The notes below the pieces were generated by a model. The model did not search any database. It was not told where the DNA came from and worked only from the letters and a program-made list of their open reading frames with translations. Below, piece after piece: positions 50,081 to 58,857 of a stretch of 64,000 nt of DNA. Positions within the stretch are counted from its first letter, which is position 1. Every line of letters starts with the position of its first letter. Made by a program: the position numbers and the translations under genes. Location of the stretch: the sequence record KT919973.1; one strand, 5' to 3'.

Positions 50081-50827
50081 TTAAAATAAGTTTGGGAATG
50101 TTTCTGCCGCAGTATTGTAAATGCTGTTATATGTTTTTTCGAAATTCTGTGTTATATCTAACGTGTCTGCGATTGTGCTAGATAAATCTTCAGTCATGTA
50201 CGTTGCACTTTCGTAAACAAATTCAACCTCGAATTCGGCAACTGCATTGCTATTTTCATAGCCCAACTGAACTCCACCGACTCGAATAGGAAACGCATTT
50301 TTTAAACTGGTCATAGTAACCATGTTCGCGTTGCGGTCGTACGTGTAAATCTCGATAGTGCGTGCGTAATTCGAGAAGAACCCGACTTGTGCAGAGTCGT
50401 TTGAATAAATCTGTTTGAACCACCCCAATAGCATTTTACGCTCAGGGTGTGACGGTGAAAGATACAGCGACATCGTTACCGTTTCATCAGTTTTCGTTTT
50501 GATTACATGATGCGGACGTCTTCTCGATCTATCAATATCTGTTTCATATGATGACCCAGGTATATTTACTGATTTAACCATCATCCCGATGTTTCGCTCG
50601 AATTCAAACCCACTACCGAATAACGCAGCAGTCGAGGCTAATGCATCTTTAACCCCGATACCGTTTACTCTAGTCGATGCAGCATTCGAGAACGTTTCAC
50701 CAGTGTTCATTAACTGCTTTGCTGTATCTTGCAGCGATGCAAAACGCACCGCATACAAGTTTTGTCTTGCTAAATCGTTCTTATTGATCTGAGATAAGAA
50801 CTTTTTAACGTCAATACCGATTGCCAT
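50081..50827 (-). CDS. 54: baseplate tail tube initiator gp54
   Basis: NLYAVRF, KSVNIPG, AFPIRVGGVQLGY, F.VEFVY. Confidence 0.8.
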   Translation of the reverse strand: MAIGIDVKKFLSQINKNDLARQNLYAVRFASLQDTAKQLMNTGETFSNAASTRVNGIGVKDALASTAALFGSGFEFERNIGMMVKSVNIPGSSYETDIDRSRRRPHHVIKTKTDETVTMSLYLSPSHPERKMLLGWFKQIYSNDSAQVGFFSNYARTIEIYTYDRNANMVTMTSLKNAFPIRVGGVQLGYENSNAVAEFEVEFVYESATYMTEDLSSTIADTLDITQNFEKTYNSIYNTAAETFPNLF

Positions 50828-50830
50828 TCG

Positions 50831-51427
50831 TTATCTCCTTCTATAACGATCATCGTACGCACGAACAGCAGAAATGTTACGACCATTTTTAGCAACGAAT
50901 TGCTGTAGTGGCATGTGAATAACATTGTACCAATCATGTGGTTTGACTTCTTCAAGTGAACCTTTAATTCGCTTTAGAATGTACAATTTAACCATATGTT
51001 TACTGAACTTGATGTTTTTCACTCGACCCCAATCAACCGATAGTCGAGTTGTGTTACTTACTGTTTTTGTAGTTGCGTATCGTAGTAAAATTGTTAAAAA
51101 CTTCTCGCGATCTTTCGGTGGGATGTAGTGCAAGTTCAAGCCTAACATATATCCCTTTTCGACCCCGAGACAGATAATACACGGGAATTTATCCCAATAC
51201 GGAAGTTTGTCTTTGTGTTTAGCATCATATGCGAATACATACATGTTGCCTTTGTGTGGTCGCTGTACTTTTCGACTACGTATTGCATCATGAACACGCT
51301 TTTTGAACCATGCTAATGATTTGCGTTGATTCTTCGCGATTGGTTGTCGACCAAGCTCGTGCGTTTGAGCTTTGAAGCTATCAAGCAAACTTTCCTTTTT
51401 CTTCTTTGCTCGTTCTGGTCTAGCCAT
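50831..51427 (-). CDS. 2: DNA end protector gp2
   Basis: MY.F.YDAKHKDKLPYWDKFP, LGLNLHYIPP. Confidence 0.95.
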   Translation of the reverse strand: MARPERAKKKKESLLDSFKAQTHELGRQPIAKNQRKSLAWFKKRVHDAIRSRKVQRPHKGNMYVFAYDAKHKDKLPYWDKFPCIICLGVEKGYMLGLNLHYIPPKDREKFLTILLRYATTKTVSNTTRLSVDWGRVKNIKFSKHMVKLYILKRIKGSLEEVKPHDWYNVIHMPLQQFVAKNGRNISAVRAYDDRYRRR

Positions 51428-51428
51428 A

Positions 51429-51884
51429 TTACACTCTCAGTCCTATCAATTTTCTCAGTCCGTGTTCAGTCAAGACTTTGAATTGCCAACCTTTCTGCTT
51501 TGCGAATTTAATCGCAGCAGCCCATTTATCTTGATTCACTTGAAACGTATATACTTCTTTTAAAAGACGTTTCTTAGCCTTTTCAGTAAGCCTCTGTGGC
51601 TTCTCAGGCGGCATCGTTTCTTTGTGCGGTTTAATTTCAAATATGAATTCGCGCCCATCACTGAACTTCACGTAAAAGTCCATAAAATATCTACGTTTTT
51701 TCCCGCCGTCAGCCGAACTAACATATGGGATTACAATCTCTTCAGAATTCCAGCGAACTACGTGTGGGTTGTTGTCACACCAACGCATAAACGACAATTC
51801 CCATGAGCTTCTATACTCAATCTTTTGATAATTGCCTTTGTATTTTGACTTGTTCGACGGAACAAATTTTCCAGAATATGCCAT
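51429..51884 (-). CDS. 4: head completion nuclease gp4
   Basis: MAYSGKFVP.NKSKYKG, YRSSWE, RRYFMDF, EIKP. Confidence 0.95.
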   Translation of the reverse strand: MAYSGKFVPSNKSKYKGNYQKIEYRSSWELSFMRWCDNNPHVVRWNSEEIVIPYVSSADGGKKRRYFMDFYVKFSDGREFIFEIKPHKETMPPEKPQRLTEKAKKRLLKEVYTFQVNQDKWAAAIKFAKQKGWQFKVLTEHGLRKLIGLRV

Positions 51885-51902
51885 GTAGCGCCTCCTTTCA
51901 TA

Positions 51903-51924
51903 TATTTAGTATCGCATCTAAATA
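51903..51924. promoter_or_regulatory. divergent late promoters
   Basis: CTAAATA on minus (51903-09) and plus (51918-24) between genes 4 and 48. Confidence 0.7.
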
Positions 51925-51951
51925 CAGATATATATTTTTAAAAAGGAGATC

Positions 51952-53088
51952 ATGAAAATGAATCTTACTAGTACAATCGCTGCAAAAAGTAGCACTCTAG
52001 TAGAAACAATATCAGGAGGAGTTCAAAGTACTACACAAGAGCTTTCGACAGGTGAAGATGTTACTAAACTCGGTCGTGACTCGAATAATGTAGCATTGAC
52101 ATACCCGCTTAATTTAGGGGCTGAGTCTGGACACCCGAATTTCTTTATTTTTAGAGCGTATGACTTGGCACACACAACAAAACAACACTATACGGACATG
52201 CGTAGTTCGTTTACTGCCGCGCAAACTGAAAATGAACAATCTGGTGAAGTTCCTAGCGAACTGAAGGCTACACTTGCACTTTACGCGCCTAATATCGTTG
52301 AAGAAGTGTCTCACGAATATGATAAAACACCGACTTCAGTGTTAAATGACTTTCTTGCTAGTGCAGCTTCAGCAGCGGGCTCAGATACAGTGTCTGAGGG
52401 TGTTGATCGCGGTAAACGAGCAGTCGCGACAGCAGCAGGCGCAACACTGGCTCAGATTAAACGTTCATTCATTCAATCGAATGCAGCAGGACAGTTGGAG
52501 AAGAACAGCAGTGTCGTAACAGACAACGTGACTGTAACTGCGTATAAAGGTACAGCGCAGCGTACACAAACAATGGTATATCAATTCCACCCTAAGTCGT
52601 TAGATGAATTGAAAGTAGTTGCAGAGATTATAAAGACGTTCTATGGGCTATCGTTGCCAGTGAAAGGTCAGATTGATTCGCAGTTATTAGATACAGGGAC
52701 AGCAAATTTAGGCTCGGGTTTTGCAGCAGGTTTTGCGAAATACGCGACGTTATTGAAAACTCCGCCTGTATGGATGATTGAAGAAGTGTCAGACACAGAC
52801 GCGACGCGATACACACCTCGCTTTATTTTCGGGCCAGCTGGTATCACATCTGTGAAGTTGAATCGTACACCTGATCAGTACTGGCGCACATTTAGAGGTA
52901 CGGCTGGTGACCCAGCGGGTATTGAGCTTGAGATTACATTTAGCGAACTTATCCCACTTGATCGTGCTATGTATCAACGCGACCTTAACAGTAATGTTCG
53001 AGGTTATGACAGTGGAACGAAAACGGCTAGTGGTAGTAATACAAACTCTGGTTCGTTCTTTGGTGATATTGAGGGATTGATTAAATGA
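51952..53088 (+). CDS. 48: baseplate tail tube cap gp48
   Basis: LTYP, LYAPNI, YKG...RT.....F.PKS.DE, SVKLNRTPD, LEITFSEL. Confidence 0.85.
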   Translation: MKMNLTSTIAAKSSTLVETISGGVQSTTQELSTGEDVTKLGRDSNNVALTYPLNLGAESGHPNFFIFRAYDLAHTTKQHYTDMRSSFTAAQTENEQSGEVPSELKATLALYAPNIVEEVSHEYDKTPTSVLNDFLASAASAAGSDTVSEGVDRGKRAVATAAGATLAQIKRSFIQSNAAGQLEKNSSVVTDNVTVTAYKGTAQRTQTMVYQFHPKSLDELKVVAEIIKTFYGLSLPVKGQIDSQLLDTGTANLGSGFAAGFAKYATLLKTPPVWMIEEVSDTDATRYTPRFIFGPAGITSVKLNRTPDQYWRTFRGTAGDPAGIELEITFSELIPLDRAMYQRDLNSNVRGYDSGTKTASGSNTNSGSFFGDIEGLIK

Positions 53089-53663
53089 TTTTTTCGATAT
53101 TTGAAAAGACTGATTATCAAGGGGTTGAAACTGCGGACATATTCAAGAATTTGAATTATTATCATAAGCAGATCATCCCGTCGTTTACGACGATTCAGTA
53201 TAAAATCAGGGGTGATTATCGCCCTGAACAAATTGCATATGAATTGTACGGTGACACGTCGTTGTATTGGTTGATATTACTTCTCAATCAGCGCGTTGAC
53301 CCGTTTTATGATTGGGTTCAGCCCAATGAATCTGTAGCTGAGAATGCTATTTATCGTTATCAGTATATTGGTGGGAATGAGCAAGTTCATCATCACGTCG
53401 ATGAACAAGGTCGTTGGTGGTTTGATATGATTGAAGACCCTGAAAACCCGCGTAATTGGTATAACAAGTTCGACTGGGAAAATAATGTACCTGAAGAAGG
53501 TCAGGAAGATTTTCGAGAACTGTTGTATCACGGCGTTATGATTCCAGTATCAGTTGATGAGTTTGAGTTCAATAAGAATGAAACGAATCGCGTGATTAAC
53601 ATTCTTTCGCGTGACGATATTAGTACATACATCAGCACGTTTATGAAATTAGCAGGGGTATAA
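53085..53663 (+). CDS. 53: baseplate wedge subunit gp53
   Basis: RPEQIAYELYGD..LYWLILLLN..VDPFYDW. Confidence 0.92.
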   Translation: MIFSIFEKTDYQGVETADIFKNLNYYHKQIIPSFTTIQYKIRGDYRPEQIAYELYGDTSLYWLILLLNQRVDPFYDWVQPNESVAENAIYRYQYIGGNEQVHHHVDEQGRWWFDMIEDPENPRNWYNKFDWENNVPEEGQEDFRELLYHGVMIPVSVDEFEFNKNETNRVINILSRDDISTYISTFMKLAGV

Positions 53664-53664
53664 C

Positions 53665-54936
53665 ATGTTTGAAATGCGCTCCGCTAACCCAATTGAGAAC
53701 TTTGTGGTTAGCAAAATTCACATTCGTGGTGTTGATTTCGCCTCGGCTGTTGAAAATGAAATCACACACATGGAAATTTATGAGTCGCTTGACGGGTTAG
53801 TTTCGGGCATGTTCATGTTCACAGATTCAGTCGGAATCGTAGACACTGTTCGAATGACGGGGTTTGAAGCTATCGATGTTGATTTTGCTTCATATGTCGG
53901 GGAGCAAGCAAATAAGGTATATCGAAAAACGTTTCGTGCTACTGGCATATCAAGAATGCCGTCAACGACTGGTGGTTTCGAAACTATAATTGTTCGTTTT
54001 ACTAATAATCTATTGACATTGAATGATTACGTTAAACGCCCGTATGTGTTCAAGAAAACTAGTATATCGAACATAATCAAAACGATTTTAGACAATTTGG
54101 GTGATGAGAAGCCCGTGTATGAAATTGAATCTTCTCTTTATCAACGTGATTACGTGACCCAGATCGGTAAACCTTACGACATCATCAGCAGTCTTGTAGA
54201 CCATGCAAGTACTGACGTGAATAACAGTTGTAAGTTCATGTTTTACGAAGATCGGGACTCGGTTAAATTCACGTCTCTTGGTACGATCAGAAACAAAGAT
54301 TACGATTATATAATTCGTAAAGGTGCTGATACAGGTGACGGTAAATGGACATCTGGTCGCGGTAAAACAATCACAGCATTGCGCGTTGTGGTGAAAGAAC
54401 AGTCTAATATGCATGAGATTTCTAGTGGTTTATTCGGTTCTAGAACATATTCTCATAGTTTGATTCGCAAAAAGTTGACGACTAAAGATGTTCGTCGTGG
54501 TGATTATATTGAAAAGGTTGGGATTTTAAATGACAAAGCTCATATGTACACGAGTGAATCAGAATTTCCTAGTGAAGTTCCAGTAACCGAACAACCGTTG
54601 AATAGCATTCAATTGATATCAAACGACGGATTTTACGAGCATGACAATAAACACCCTTTGGGGTCTGTTCATGGCGTTTCATTAATGGAAGAAACGTACT
54701 TGAATGCAAAACAGATACTTGTAGAAATACCAGGTAATACGAACATTACAGTTGGTGATGTTGTGTTTCTTGACTATCACGCAGTAACTGGTGACAACCA
54801 TTCGAGTCTTGATGTGTCAGGGAAATGGATTGTTCATGAATTGAAGCATCGCGTTGAGCCTAATTCATTCATTACTACGCTTGAATTATCAAGTGATTCG
54901 TCGATGAATGTAGCAGTTGCGGGGAGCAAGAAATAA
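53665..54936 (+). CDS. 27: baseplate hub protein (gp27-like)
   Basis: IYESL...VSG.F.F.DS, FMFYED, PGNTNITVGD, SGKWIVHELKH. Confidence 0.8.
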   Translation: MFEMRSANPIENFVVSKIHIRGVDFASAVENEITHMEIYESLDGLVSGMFMFTDSVGIVDTVRMTGFEAIDVDFASYVGEQANKVYRKTFRATGISRMPSTTGGFETIIVRFTNNLLTLNDYVKRPYVFKKTSISNIIKTILDNLGDEKPVYEIESSLYQRDYVTQIGKPYDIISSLVDHASTDVNNSCKFMFYEDRDSVKFTSLGTIRNKDYDYIIRKGADTGDGKWTSGRGKTITALRVVVKEQSNMHEISSGLFGSRTYSHSLIRKKLTTKDVRRGDYIEKVGILNDKAHMYTSESEFPSEVPVTEQPLNSIQLISNDGFYEHDNKHPLGSVHGVSLMEETYLNAKQILVEIPGNTNITVGDVVFLDYHAVTGDNHSSLDVSGKWIVHELKHRVEPNSFITTLELSSDSSMNVAVAGSKK

Positions 54937-56153
54937 TGTTTATGGGATTAGATGGGTTTGATTGGTGGACTGGTGTTGTTGAAGATAGAACAAACGACCC
55001 ACTCAAACTCGGTAGAATTAAAGTCAGAATGATTGGGTTTCACCCCGAGAAGAAAAGTTCAAATCAAGGTATTCGAACTGAAGAACTTCTTTGGGTTCAC
55101 CCTATGCAGTCGCTTGATAACGCTGCAATGAACGGGCTTGGTAATACACCAATAGGGGTAGTTGAAGGTACATGGGTATTCGGCTTTTTCAGAGATAAGT
55201 TGCATCAAGATGCAATTGCGATGGGTGTTTTGCCTGGTATACCTGAAGAATTAGCTAACGGCAGTAAGGGGTTTAATGACCCAAACGAAAAATACCCGTT
55301 AGCTGATAAACTTAATGAGCCCGATACAAACCGTTTAGCTCGAAACGATGTAGATCCCGATGTGTATGATGAAAATCAATCTCAGAGCGATTTTGATAGT
55401 GGCGATGCGCCTTATGTGTATAGACCACATGAAATAATCGCTAGTAAACGCGCAGCCGAAGAGAAAGACATTCCGATTGCGGGATATAATCAAAACGGTC
55501 CCGTTTATAACGAGAAAGAGACGCCGTACGCAGCGCAGTACCCGTTCAATCATGTACACGAGTCTGAATCTGGGCACATCAGAGAGGTTGATGACACTGT
55601 GGGTGCAGAGCGTTTACATACGTATCATCGAACAGGTACATTTGAAGAAATTCATCCTGACGGCAGTAAAGTTACAAAGATTGTTGGTGATGATTTTGAG
55701 ATTGTTCAAAAAGATCAGAATGTCTTTATCAAAGGGAACTTGAATATAACCGTTGTCGGTGACGCGACGTTCTATTGCCAGCAAAATGTCACGCAGCAAG
55801 TTGATGGTGATTTGAAGCAGCATGTTAAGGGTAATGTTGATCAGCATGTTGAAATGAATGTTACTCAAACAGTTGATAAAGATGTTAGCCAGACAGTGCA
55901 TCAGAACGTCACACAGAACGTTGACGGGAATGTTAATCAAACTGTGGGCGGGAATGTTCAAAGTAACGTCACGGGCGATTACACGCAGAATATCAGCGGT
56001 AATTACACAATAACAGTCGGTGGCTCGATGTCAGAAAGCGTTAGTTCGTCTTATACACGTTCGGCGTCATCAATTAGTGATGACGGTGGTGGCGCAACGC
56101 TTAGTCTCGCAGGAGCTGCGGCATTAGACGGTTCAACAGTGAGCCTAGGGTAA
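54936..56153 (+). CDS. 5: baseplate central spike gp5, no lysozyme domain
   Basis: WWTGVVEDR.DPLKLGRIKVR OB fold, YPFNHV.ESESGH, 8-residue V.GN beta-helix repeats. Confidence 0.93.
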   Translation: MFMGLDGFDWWTGVVEDRTNDPLKLGRIKVRMIGFHPEKKSSNQGIRTEELLWVHPMQSLDNAAMNGLGNTPIGVVEGTWVFGFFRDKLHQDAIAMGVLPGIPEELANGSKGFNDPNEKYPLADKLNEPDTNRLARNDVDPDVYDENQSQSDFDSGDAPYVYRPHEIIASKRAAEEKDIPIAGYNQNGPVYNEKETPYAAQYPFNHVHESESGHIREVDDTVGAERLHTYHRTGTFEEIHPDGSKVTKIVGDDFEIVQKDQNVFIKGNLNITVVGDATFYCQQNVTQQVDGDLKQHVKGNVDQHVEMNVTQTVDKDVSQTVHQNVTQNVDGNVNQTVGGNVQSNVTGDYTQNISGNYTITVGGSMSESVSSSYTRSASSISDDGGGATLSLAGAAALDGSTVSLG

Positions 56154-56157
56154 TTGA

Positions 56158-56643
56158 ATGGCTAGTATTACACCAATCACTTTACCGATCATTACAGAAG
56201 CGGAGAACGTCGATGTGACGTTCTCCGCGGTTATGGACGAAGGTGAGACACTTGTTCAGATATCAATAACTGATCATCGAGCGAATGCGGGTATTAATGT
56301 CTCAGGCGCAAGATATTACGGTCAGTATCAAGATTCGTTTGATCTGGGACCTAGTGGTCTGAAATACAGAGATACACGAGACAATAGCTATCATGAAGTG
56401 AGTAGATTTAGCGATCTACCGAACAACCCTGAACATGGTCACGTGTATAGATTCGAAGCGCCGAGCGTGTTATCAACTGACTACACATATACAGTTACAG
56501 TTGATTACGAATACGAAGACCCGCTTGTACCGGGAGTAATTGAAGAGCGGCAGCTCGTTGAAACATTTACTCAGAACGTTAAAGGTAAGTGGGATACATG
56601 GGCGCAGCAACTTAGAGATTATATAGCAGCAGGAGGTAACTAA
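56158..56643 (+). CDS. gp5.1-like hypothetical protein
   Basis: position between gene 5 and the PAAR gene. Confidence 0.65.
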   Translation: MASITPITLPIITEAENVDVTFSAVMDEGETLVQISITDHRANAGINVSGARYYGQYQDSFDLGPSGLKYRDTRDNSYHEVSRFSDLPNNPEHGHVYRFEAPSVLSTDYTYTVTVDYEYEDPLVPGVIEERQLVETFTQNVKGKWDTWAQQLRDYIAAGGN

Positions 56644-56939
56644 TGCCAGCTTTAGCAGGTGCAGATGAACCAACAACAGGTCACGGGACATACCCGCCAA
56701 CAGTAGTAACGGGTGGGAGTGGGAAAGTAACAGTGCAAGGTAAACCTGCATTATCAAAAGATAACATGGTTCACGTAACGCACTGTAATACAGTTCCGAA
56801 CCACGATTGCCACGCAGGTAGCGCAACATCGTTCAGTCCGAAAGTGTTTATCGAGGGTAGCAATGCAATCCGTATCGGTGACACGTTAACATGTGGCGAT
56901 ACGGTTGCAGGAGGCGCAGGGAAGGTTACAAGTTCTTAG
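56643..56939 (+). CDS. 5.4: PAAR spike tip (gp5.4)
   Basis: GHG.YPP, H...H, RIGD.L.CGD. Confidence 0.9.
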   Translation: MPALAGADEPTTGHGTYPPTVVTGGSGKVTVQGKPALSKDNMVHVTHCNTVPNHDCHAGSATSFSPKVFIEGSNAIRIGDTLTCGDTVAGGAGKVTSS

Positions 56940-57285
56940 TGTGATTTTTGATACGCTCTTCGCTGTCTAGCGTAGTAACATCAACATCTTCAGCCTTGAA
57001 TGACTTGTCTTCAAGTACAGGTGCTTCAAGCTCAGTAAATTCGTCTACTTTGTACTTGGCTGTGTCGTTGACTGCTTCGTTCATTGTAGGACGAGTAATT
57101 GGCGATGTTGCAATTTTAAAACCACTCGCAGCAACTGTAAGTAGAAGCGCAGCAGTGATGATTTTACCGTAAGGTAGTTTGATGTCTAGCTTGAAAATCT
57201 TCGCCATGAAGAAAGACACTGCTAGAATTAGAAGTAAGATTACAAACATGCCAATAATTGGCAAAACAGGTAGAAGAAATTCCAT
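56926..57285 (-). CDS. membrane protein
   Basis: two TM helices. Confidence 0.75.
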   Translation of the reverse strand: MEFLLPVLPIIGMFVILLLILAVSFFMAKIFKLDIKLPYGKIITAALLLTVAASGFKIATSPITRPTMNEAVNDTAKYKVDEFTELEAPVLEDKSFKAEDVDVTTLDSEERIKNHTKNL

Positions 57286-57334
57286 TACGTTTCCTTTTTA
57301 AGAGAGGGCAGTGTTTCACTGCCCTTTGTGGTTA

Positions 57335-58210
57335 TTATTTGATTGGTGTTTGTACTGCGATATCATCAAGCATTTTCGTTGGTACGAACACTTTGTTATT
57401 CGACTTCGCAAGCTCACGTAGAGTTTTTTGCTCTTCGATGAATCGAACGTTAGAGTTCATCAGCTTGTCAGCTACTAGCTTTTTAGTTTCAGCTTCGTAC
57501 AGTTCGATTTCACGCTGACGCTTTGACACTTCTTCACGAGTTGTGATTTGTAGCAAGTCTAGCTTACGTTGTGCTTTAACTGTGTCTTCTTCTTGACGAC
57601 GTTCAGCAGATTTGATTTGTGCGTCTGTGATTGTCTTAGGGTAATCTACGTTAGTAACACCCACGACTTTAAGAACGAACGGCGTATCTTTCAGCTCTTG
57701 ATTCAAGCGATTAAGAACGAACGAGTTCAGTTTTTGACGTTCAGACGCAACCTGTTTGATGCTGTATTCAGCTACAATACTAGGTACAATCGTGTTTAGT
57801 TTAGCTTTCGCATAACGTTTAAACACGTCTTTCTGATCAATTACACCAAGCTGATCTGTCTGTGCTCGGAACGGTACTTTAGCGAATACGAAGTTGTACT
57901 TCGCAGGGTCAATCGCCATTGTCATTTCGACTGAGTAAGCAAGCATAAGCTCATCTTTTGGCATGAACGTGTTGAAGTTCATTTGGTAGAAGCTGTCAGA
58001 TACGTCAAGAAGTACTAGACGATCTGGGTAGCGCCATGCCCAATCGAGACGAAATTTAGACGGTTGTCGCGGCTCTGCTTCTAAATTGAAGCCATTAGGC
58101 GTTTGAATCTTACCGACGAAACCCGTTGGGATTTCAGCAGGTGTGCCACAGCCTACAAGTGCTAGACCTAGCGCAGATACTGATAATAGTTTTGCAAGTT
58201 TCTTAAACAT
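57335..58210 (-). CDS. SPFH/Band-7 family lipoprotein
   Basis: LVGC lipobox, IPTGFVG, V.NVDYPK.I..A, coiled-coil tail. Confidence 0.85.
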   Translation of the reverse strand: MFKKLAKLLSVSALGLALVGCGTPAEIPTGFVGKIQTPNGFNLEAEPRQPSKFRLDWAWRYPDRLVLLDVSDSFYQMNFNTFMPKDELMLAYSVEMTMAIDPAKYNFVFAKVPFRAQTDQLGVIDQKDVFKRYAKAKLNTIVPSIVAEYSIKQVASERQKLNSFVLNRLNQELKDTPFVLKVVGVTNVDYPKTITDAQIKSAERRQEEDTVKAQRKLDLLQITTREEVSKRQREIELYEAETKKLVADKLMNSNVRFIEEQKTLRELAKSNNKVFVPTKMLDDIAVQTPIK

Positions 58211-58284
58211 GTTTTGCTCTCTTAGTTAATGAAGTTAATATCACAATCTATTTTGTTTGTGCGCTTCGTTGCGCTGAGGAGTAC

Positions 58285-58313
58285 ATAATAGGTAAATAAG
58301 ATATGCCTGTCAA
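58285..58313 (-). promoter_or_regulatory. sigma70-type early promoter
   Basis: TTGACA-17bp-TATTAT. Confidence 0.8.
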
Positions 58314-58321
58314 CAATTTTC

Positions 58322-58329
58322 TATAAATA
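58322..58329 (+). promoter_or_regulatory. T4 late promoter
   Basis: perfect TATAAATA before gene 25. Confidence 0.85.
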
Positions 58330-58352
58330 AATTTAAAATCGGAGAAAAAACT

Positions 58353-58772
58353 ATGGCAATTGCAGAGTTGAACACGTTAAAACCAGGGAGTTTCTATTTC
58401 AGTGACATCCCTGCAAACTTTAATAAAAGTGTTGTAAACAATGACTTGAGCGCATCGTATGACTTAAAAGCAATACAAGAATCTATCGTAGGTATCGTGA
58501 GTACGAATAAAGGAGAACGACCGTTCAACCCTGAATTCGGCTGTGACATTAACAATCAATTGTTTGAGAATATTTCTCCAGCAAGCGCGTTCTCAATCAA
58601 ATATAGTATTGAAAACGCAATTTCAAGATGGGAACCTCGTGTTGCTATTCAGCGAATTGATGTCATCCCTGTATATGATGAAAACACGTATGACGTGTCT
58701 ATACAGTATCACTTGAAAACTAACTTCGATAGATTGTTTGCCTTGTCAACTAGACTAGTAAATCGTCTATAA
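58353..58772 (+). CDS. 25: baseplate wedge subunit gp25
   Basis: T.KGERPFNPEFGC, I..AI.RWEPRV. Confidence 0.95.
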   Translation: MAIAELNTLKPGSFYFSDIPANFNKSVVNNDLSASYDLKAIQESIVGIVSTNKGERPFNPEFGCDINNQLFENISPASAFSIKYSIENAISRWEPRVAIQRIDVIPVYDENTYDVSIQYHLKTNFDRLFALSTRLVNRL

Positions 58773-58777
58773 ACGAT

Positions 58778-58803
58778 AGCCCGCTCATTGAGTGGGCTTT
58801 TTT
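58778..58803 (+). terminator. intrinsic terminator
   Basis: AGCCCGCTCA T TGAGTGGGCT T5. Confidence 0.85.
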
Positions 58804-58857
58804 GTATATTAAATATAAGAAACGAAATTTACATAATTTTACCAACAGGGGAATAAC

